Below are positions 55,153 through 64,000 of a stretch of 64,000 nt of DNA, one piece after another (within the stretch, counting starts at the first letter, position 1; every line of letters starts with the position of its first letter). The stretch is taken from the NCBI GenBank assembly GCA_951406725.2, contig OX597814.1, positions 160,146,001 through 160,210,000 of the forward strand. The letters are read 5' to 3'. Under the pieces are notes generated by a model that saw only the letters and a list, made by a program, of their open reading frames with translations, was not told where the DNA came from and did not search any database. This stretch comes from Octopus vulgaris. Its lineage: Eukaryota. A program made the position numbers and the translations under genes.

Positions 55153-55271
55153 CATTCATTCGTACATGTGTATATATAAATATATATATATATAATATAT
55201 ATATATATACATAATACATATATATATGTATAATATATATATATATATACATACATTCATTCGTACATGTG

Positions 55272-55403
<132 letters not shown>

Positions 55404-55432
55404 GCGAAACACACACATGTATGTGTACATAT

Positions 55433-55466
<34 letters not shown>

Positions 55467-55657
55467 TTATTCTAGAGAGGTTGTTAGAGAGAGAGTCAGA
55501 GATAGATATTTGCGTAATGTATTTAGAAATACAGTTAAACAAGCTTAAATATATTCTTATATCATGTAGTGCATATATTTTTTCTATTGCAATATATTTT
55601 CTACCTGAACGGAAGACAGAATCCAATGCATATGTAAATAAATACAATTTTGTATGT

Positions 55658-55748
<91 letters not shown>

Positions 55749-55801
55749 TAGGTAGAATATATATATACATGTATATATATACATGTATGTATTTACATGT
55801 T

Positions 55802-55868
<67 letters not shown>

Positions 55869-55903
55869 GTACATATACATGTAGACATATATGAATATCA
55901 TAT

Positions 55904-55939
<36 letters not shown>

Positions 55940-56075
55940 TATGTATGTTTCTTTGTGTATCTGAGCTTGTGCATGGGTATGTGTATAGAGGTAAGTGATA
56001 TATTAATATAATTCAAATATAGTTAACCTCAAAACACATTGTACGTACTCTCATATGTAACCGTATATTATTTTT

Positions 56076-56142
<67 letters not shown>

Positions 56143-56814
56143 GCACATACATACATACACGCACATATGTATATACAATATATTTCTAAACTCTCATACG
56201 GTTTCCGGATACCATATGCCATCATGTAGCCAGATAATTCCTTTTACTGGATATACAGGTGCAACTCCGTTAGTGAATACAAAATGTGTATAAAAATTTA
56301 TCTAAGATGGAATGAGCAATTGTTCTTGTGCATTTGTAACAGCTGACAGTTTCTAAATTTCCCATGTAATGTTATTTCATGTACTATTTTATACAGTGCT
56401 ATCAAAACCACATCATCTGATAACATGCCACTACACTGCTGCTGCTGGGTCATATGTAATTATTCATGAAATTTTTTATGGAATAGTATGATATGGTAAA
56501 CTTAGCAAGTAACAGCTGTTACTACTGCATAGAAACAGTTGTTGCGATTTTTAATTAAAGCTGTTCATACCAATATCTTGTTTGATAATTTTTCATATAT
56601 ATGATATATTTACATTATATAGTAGAAATATGCTAAGTATATTTCTGTGTATATATACATATAAATGTATATATACATGTATCTATGAGTACAAAATATA
56701 TGCATCGGTATATATACATACATATATGCACACACACACACACACACATATATATATACACATATACATATATACGCATATGTGTGATATGTGTTTATGT
56801 GCATTTGTGTGTGC

Positions 56815-56865
<51 letters not shown>

Positions 56866-57519
56866 GAGATATATATATATATGCATACATATATATACAC
56901 GGACTTCATAATCTTCTGGTACCAAGTATGTCTTACTGTCTTGCTCATTTGTTGCTTTATAGGGTATTTCCTTTATAGCTTCCATAGCTTCATATCTCTT
57001 CACACAGGTATTTTATTGTTCAACAACGAAATATCTCTTACAAATGTCTTAATTTTCTTCTGCATAATTATCAATGTTGCTATGATCTTGGATAGCTCCT
57101 TCTGGCTTCATTGTAGCAACCTAAATCCATTCAACACCTCTATGGCTTCTTTTGCTAGATTTGATATAAGTAACTCTAGTTGTTTTTCTCGAAGCTTCTT
57201 CCTAACAAAATGTGACGTTAGAACTTTACAGAGACGACTGTCTACTCGTATCCCGCAATAATCTAATCAAAACCTTCAAAGAATCTAATCTGAAAATTAT
57301 ATGTACAGTTAACTTCTTAGATATAACTTTAAAGCCCCGTTTACACAACAGTTGCCGGTGTTTTAGACAACGTTCATAACTTCCAGAACCGTCCTCCAGC
57401 TATTTTAAGAAAAAAATATTTAACAAGATTTGCCAACGGATTTCAGAAATGTACTCCGACGAAAGAATGCGGAATATTATAATGGTGATTTAGAAAATTA
57501 TATTCCAAGATCGAAAAAT

Positions 57520-57785
57520 ACAATCCCGAAGAAAACAGAACGAAAAAACATAATGGAGAACAAAGTTATTTGTTCTGACTTGAAAAAAGAAGAAATGCTA
57601 CCACTCTCTCAAAGTATATTTGGAACCTGAATGAAAAAGGTATCCACAAATTTAAGGTGAGCTGGACAATTATCGAAACCATATAGGAATGGATTAAAAT
57701 TCCTTCTCTGTTTATATGAAAATATGCTACCACTTCACTTGTTAAACCCAAAGATGGAGTTGTCTCTTCTTGGTCACATCAGAGT
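57520..57785 (+). mobile_element. Degenerate Penelope-type GIY-YIG C-terminal fragment
   Basis: RRNATTLSKYIWNLNEKGIHKFKVSWTIIE...LCLYE resembles the C-terminus of PLE endonucleases. Confidence 0.5.
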
Positions 57786-57896
57786 AAGTACATCTTACGA
57801 ACACACACATACACGCACATATATATATATATATATATATATTTATTCTCACGTAGCATACATACACACATATAGATATATATGTTTTTATATCGG

Positions 57897-57961
<65 letters not shown>

Positions 57962-58734
57962 ATATATATATATACACACATATATACATACACACTCATC
58001 ACCGTTATAGAAGAGCTGCATGTGGACTCATATATGTATTCGTTTTCATTTCGCTTCTCCATCTTATTTTCCGATCTAAACCACCCACTGTTATCATTCC
58101 CTCAATACCGTAACCGTGACATCCTTATCATCCCTCACACGTCTTATCACTCTTCATAACTTTACTTTAAAATAGGTATCTCTTCTACCATGATTTAATT
58201 TTACAAGTATATTTTCTATGTATATATTTGATAAATGTGTTTTATATTGTTTTATATATTTTATTTTTTAATATTTTAAATTTATATAATATATTTTTGA
58301 ATGTGAGCTATGTGCATTTTTGTATTTGAAAGTTTTTTCAAGAATGGCTACATGTATGCTGTTGTGTGTCTGTATATGTTGCTCAGCGTACATGGCATAT
58401 ATGTACGAGGGTTTAGAGTTGAGCGTATGAGGCTGCGCTTACAGCTTATGCGTATGTAATACAGTGCAGCTGTGTCAACGTGCAAAACGAATGAATATGT
58501 GTTCGTGTGTAAGTGTGTAAAAATTCATACGTGTGCATGTGCAATTAATGGATATTGGTATATATGTATTTTGTAGTATATCATAAATCCACGTATACTT
58601 ATACACACACACAAACACACACACTCACATGTATGCTTATATATACACACACACATACACACACATATATGCACGAATATAGCTTAATATGAATATACAT
58701 ACACACATATATACACACGAATATAGCCAAATAC

Positions 58735-58788
<54 letters not shown>

Positions 58789-59114
58789 ATCTATCTATTT
58801 ATCTATCTAACTATCTATCTATCTATCTATCTGTCTGTCTGCCAGTCTGTCTGTCTGTTTGTCTATCTATCTATCTATATGTATATATATATGTTTGTGT
58901 GTGTGTAGTGTAATATATAATATATTTATAATAAATCTCTGAACGAGGTATAATATAATATACTATATAATATAAATATAGTATAATGTATATACAATAT
59001 ATTTATAAAAAATATATAATGTAATATATAAGATATATAATATTTAATCAATATTATATATAATAAATAATATATCATTATACATAAATATATATATGTG
59101 TGTATATATATGTA

Positions 59115-59299
<185 letters not shown>

Positions 59300-59704
59300 A
59301 TATATTTATGCATATATGTGTGTATACACACATATATACAGCTCTGAGTCTGTGTATGTAAATCTTACTTTACACGTTCACAATATTAGTTATATTTCAA
59401 AACTGCATACAGTGCTCAAGTGATATTATTACATCTTATAAGCAGTCCTCGTTTTGTTTTTATTTAACAGTTTGATAAGTACTTCGCACGAAACTATAGT
59501 GACGTAATTAAATAATAAAAAAAAAAACAATATGCACCATCTTTCTCACACACATTGTATTTTACCGTTAACATTTTAAAAATCAAACGTACGCATATCT
59601 ATTACATATATGTATATTCGTTTGCATAAGTATCAATGTACATACACGCATACATACATACATACATAAATAAATATATCTATATCTATCTATCTATCTA
59701 TCTA

Positions 59705-59812
<108 letters not shown>

Positions 59813-59848
59813 CATAAATTTGTGTGTTTATATATAAAGATCTGTTAT

Positions 59849-59969
59849 AAAATTCAACAAAATCTGTTACTCTGAGTTTCTCGTTGCCGTTCATCAGACT
59901 GTTTTTGTTAGAAAAACTGTCTGATGAACGGCAACGAGAAACTCAGAGTAACAGATTTTGTTGAATTTT
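59849..59969. repeat. Perfect 51-bp inverted repeat carrying an HHR-like motif on each arm
   Basis: Arms 59849-59899 / 59919-59969; CTGT-CTGATGA-ACGGCAACGA-GAAA-CTCAGAG-TA^ACAG. Confidence 0.88.
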
Positions 59970-60299
59970 CTGCTGCTTTAAATAAAGCATATTACTCTAA
60001 AGAACTGTTATATGAATTTATATTAAAGGGATAAATTACTTCGCAGTTTTAGCGCATATTACTTTTGGCATGGAAGGCGTTAACTGACTTCGTAGCATTC
60101 GTTTCCACATCCGACTGTTTGACGGAACTCGGCCGGAACGAGTTCACTGATTAAATTTTAAGATGCAAAAATTAACATGTGTGTGTGTGTGTACATGTGT
60201 ACGTTTGTGTGTATGTGTGTGTATATACACATATATGTATGTATATATGTGTATGCGTGCGCGTGTGTGCGTATGTGCATGTATATGTGTACGCGTATG

Positions 60300-60333
<34 letters not shown>

Positions 60334-60453
60334 AGCTCGAAATGAGGAGTAGATAGATAGCCGACAACTCATGAAAGGTCCTTTTTCTGTGTTTACCTGT
60401 CCTGTTTTCCAGTTTTTCTCGTTGTTTACATATTATCCATGTATATGTATGTG

Positions 60454-60513
<60 letters not shown>

Positions 60514-60527
60514 CAGTATAACAGTAC

Positions 60528-60560
<33 letters not shown>

Positions 60561-60805
60561 GATATACATACACGCACGCACAACATGCACACATGCCCAC
60601 ACACACACATTCACACGCGCGCGTATACACACTCACATACATACATACATACATGCATATATATATATATATATATGCATGTATATATATATATATATAT
60701 GACTTCATATACTCGTATAAACATAAAACCATGTATCACCACGTGTTTATGCGTGTAAGAATACATGCATAACATGTGTCACTCTTTCTCCTGCTCCTTA
60801 TACAC

Positions 60806-60847
<42 letters not shown>

Positions 60848-61547
60848 CCACCCCACACCCCACAAATGTGTATATGAATGTACGCTTTGATGTTGTTGTT
60901 AGAAGCGGCAGAATGTCATCTCTATGTATGTTATTGCGAAATTTGCTTCATATTCATTTTTGGAATACAATATGTCGCGCCCCACCCACCGAAGAATTGC
61001 ACATCTAATACAAAAGATTAGCCTTTTTAATCTTTTCACATACTATGTCATGCTCAATAGGCCTCAGAATTACAGCAAGTATATATTTGTATGCGTATCA
61101 CTCACCCACGTACACGTTTGCTTAACGGGTATGTTGTTTAGTCGTTTCTCTCCTTAACACACCCACAGGTATATACACCAACTCGCACATTCATTGTCAT
61201 GTTAATATCTGAATGCCAGCGATAGTAGTGTATGGTGACCCTTTGTAAAACCAGTTGTTTTGAGACAAACATCACATTCTACCCGAGGTAGCAACGACAT
61301 ATAAGAGCTTTTAATCCATTCACTAATTCCGGGTTTTTTCTCCTATCTCTCTCCCTATCTCCCTCGTACACACACACACACACACACACACATACACACA
61401 CACACACTCATATTCTCTTTGAGTCAGTCTTATATACCTACATTCTATCTCTACCACGCACGCCTATCTAAACATGCATGTATGTCTCATTTTGCGTGTG
61501 AAACAAGACTATACAAGTTCCAGAATAACAATGATATTTTACATCAG

Positions 61548-61619
<72 letters not shown>

Positions 61620-61820
61620 GTATACATATATTCATTTATTCAGGTATTCTTACAAGCATAAGATCACTTGAACAAACCCCTTTGTGATAAAAATATACTT
61701 ATATGAGTGTATGTGAACGTATGTGTGTGCGTGTAAGTATATACGCATACATATACGTATTGGCGGTGCCCCAGCATGGCCACAGCTCATTAGCTGAAAC
61801 TGGAAAAATCAAAATCAAAT

Positions 61821-61864
<44 letters not shown>

Positions 61865-62513
61865 TATGCACAGATATATATGCATCTACAAACATATATT
61901 CCCACATATATGCAAATATATGCATATACATAAATATAGATGTGTATTTATAGCTATATGTATAAATATATTGATATGTATGTGTGTATATATATGTGCG
62001 CGCGTGTGTGTATATATACATATATACATACATATACATGTATATATATATATATACATATATATGTACACACACACACATATATATACATATATTTATA
62101 TGTATACACACACATGCACACACACACGCACACATACATACGCTTATGCATTCGTTTTGCAAGATTCCTCGTGTGAAATCGTGTGTTGAAACAGATATTG
62201 TTATATTTCAGGACGGTCAAATTCTTGCCAAATAACCACACGCACTATATATGTATATTCGTTCTGCACTTCAAATTTTATAATTTTTCTTATCTTATAG
62301 CCTTTGTCTGGGAATCTTACGGCACACATCCAGTGACCTCTTCAGCAACTCTCCATCCTACGTATTTCTTTCTATTCTATTAAGTCCATTCTGTCTTTCA
62401 AGAAAGACAATGGATATGAAATAGGAACAATAATAAATCTGAAGCGAAGAACGAATAAATAGTGCGTGTGTTTATTTGGCAAAAGTGACCCTCCCGAAAT
62501 ATAATAATATAAA

Positions 62514-62618
<105 letters not shown>

Positions 62619-63266
62619 TATAAGTATTAATATGAGCATTATGTAATCTTTATGATCCTTTTAATTCTTATTAAAATGAATATGTTTCCTTAATGATGTC
62701 ATCTGTATTTTAGAAGCCTGTTATTGAACACAGCGTTTATTGAAGACTCAGTGTGTGATTTCTCAGAATTTAGCTACTAGATGCAGCAGGTTGAGTGGCT
62801 ATGTGTTAGATGACTGTTGAACAAAATTGTTTCTTTTTCATCACTCCGTTCCTATACATATCTTCAGTGAAGGTGGTTGTACTATCAAGCTAGACCAATA
62901 TATTAGGTGAAATTGTCTTCTCTAGAAACAGTGTGAGTTTTGATTTTATCGTAACTGCAAGATTTGACTTATTTATTTGATATTTTTCAGTTACATTTTA
63001 AAATATCAACATTTAATCACCATTATAATACGCAAACACACACACATTTATGGATATATAAGCACATACATATATATGTATATATTTACAGATATGTATT
63101 ATAATTTTATGTATGTATATATACACACATATTGTGTGTATACATGTATATTATATGTATATATACATATATTAAATACACAAACAGATAAATGAATGTA
63201 TATATGAGGCAAAAAAGAGAATGACTTTCCCCAAACACAATAATATATATATGTATGTATATATGC

Positions 63267-63376
<110 letters not shown>

Positions 63377-64000
63377 GTATATATATACATATATGTATAT
63401 ATATGTACATACATACGCACATATACATAACTCCCTATATTTGTATGTATGTGGTGTGCTTGTATGTGTGTGTGCATGTATTTATGTGCATATATATATG
63501 CATACATTCAACAGCGTTTAATATAATCAAATTGGCAGGTTATATTAAGACCTAAACCTGTGTTAGTGTAAAATCCAAGACACCCATACTGACTGTATGA
63601 TAAAGGTAACACAGTATCACAATGACTTTTGTGACATGACATAGAGTCACCCAAAGCAAAGCTCATTGGTTATTACAAACGGTTGAAAAATAATCATTAT
63701 TATGGCTTGGCCTGACGTGTTTTTATTCAGATTGACCTTTCTGTTCACAAAATGCATTCACAATAGTTAAAAGTCTCCATGACCACCTCCTATTTCAGAG
63801 ACTTTGCGATTACATGTGCTCCATCTTGATTATTCTTAAATCCTTGTGCAATATTGGTAGATGACCGTTGATTCTATGTTGAGCTCATTCGCTTTTTTGA
63901 CAAGGCTTCATAATTTTTGCCGCTGGTTTTCTTGTAATCCTCTTCATCAGGCAAAAATCTGATGGAGTTGCCGGTTTAGCCACCAACAAACCAACCATGT

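Noticed and set aside
56900-57300. Possible coding exon
   Set aside because: Multiple stops on the purine-rich strand and no recognisable motif; probably a decayed TE that I cannot classify
63895-63960. CTGATGA...GAAA motif on the minus strand near the window end
   Set aside because: No convincing stem II or NUH triplet could be drawn

Overview
AT-rich, extremely microsatellite-dense eukaryotic (metazoan) DNA. The SINE/LINE/microsatellite landscape looks like a cephalopod (Octopus-like) genome; this is inference from repeat style. There is no intact protein-coding gene, and nearly all ORFs in the track are translations of (TA)n/(CA)n/(GATA)n/(TAA)n repeats. Recognisable content: decayed non-LTR retrotransposons (R4/Dong-type, RTE, CR1/L2, an L1/Tx1-like ORF1), a Penelope-like element (RT + GIY-YIG), mariner/Tc1 DNA transposon remnants, two non-autonomous Helitrons, several tRNA-derived SINE families, and one CpG-rich candidate first exon ending in a GT donor (43436-43747). 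The standout is a non-coding, nearly homogeneous 534-bp tandem array (27349-30912) that flips orientation at 29872/29873. It carries a complete type I hammerhead ribozyme (HHR) motif in each of seven positions, making it a candidate retrozyme/circular-RNA-derived element. Further, unrelated HHR motifs occur singly (37275-37350) and as head-to-head palindromes (24430-24627, 59849-59969, related 18308-18417), suggesting a diverse population of ribozyme-bearing non-autonomous elements.
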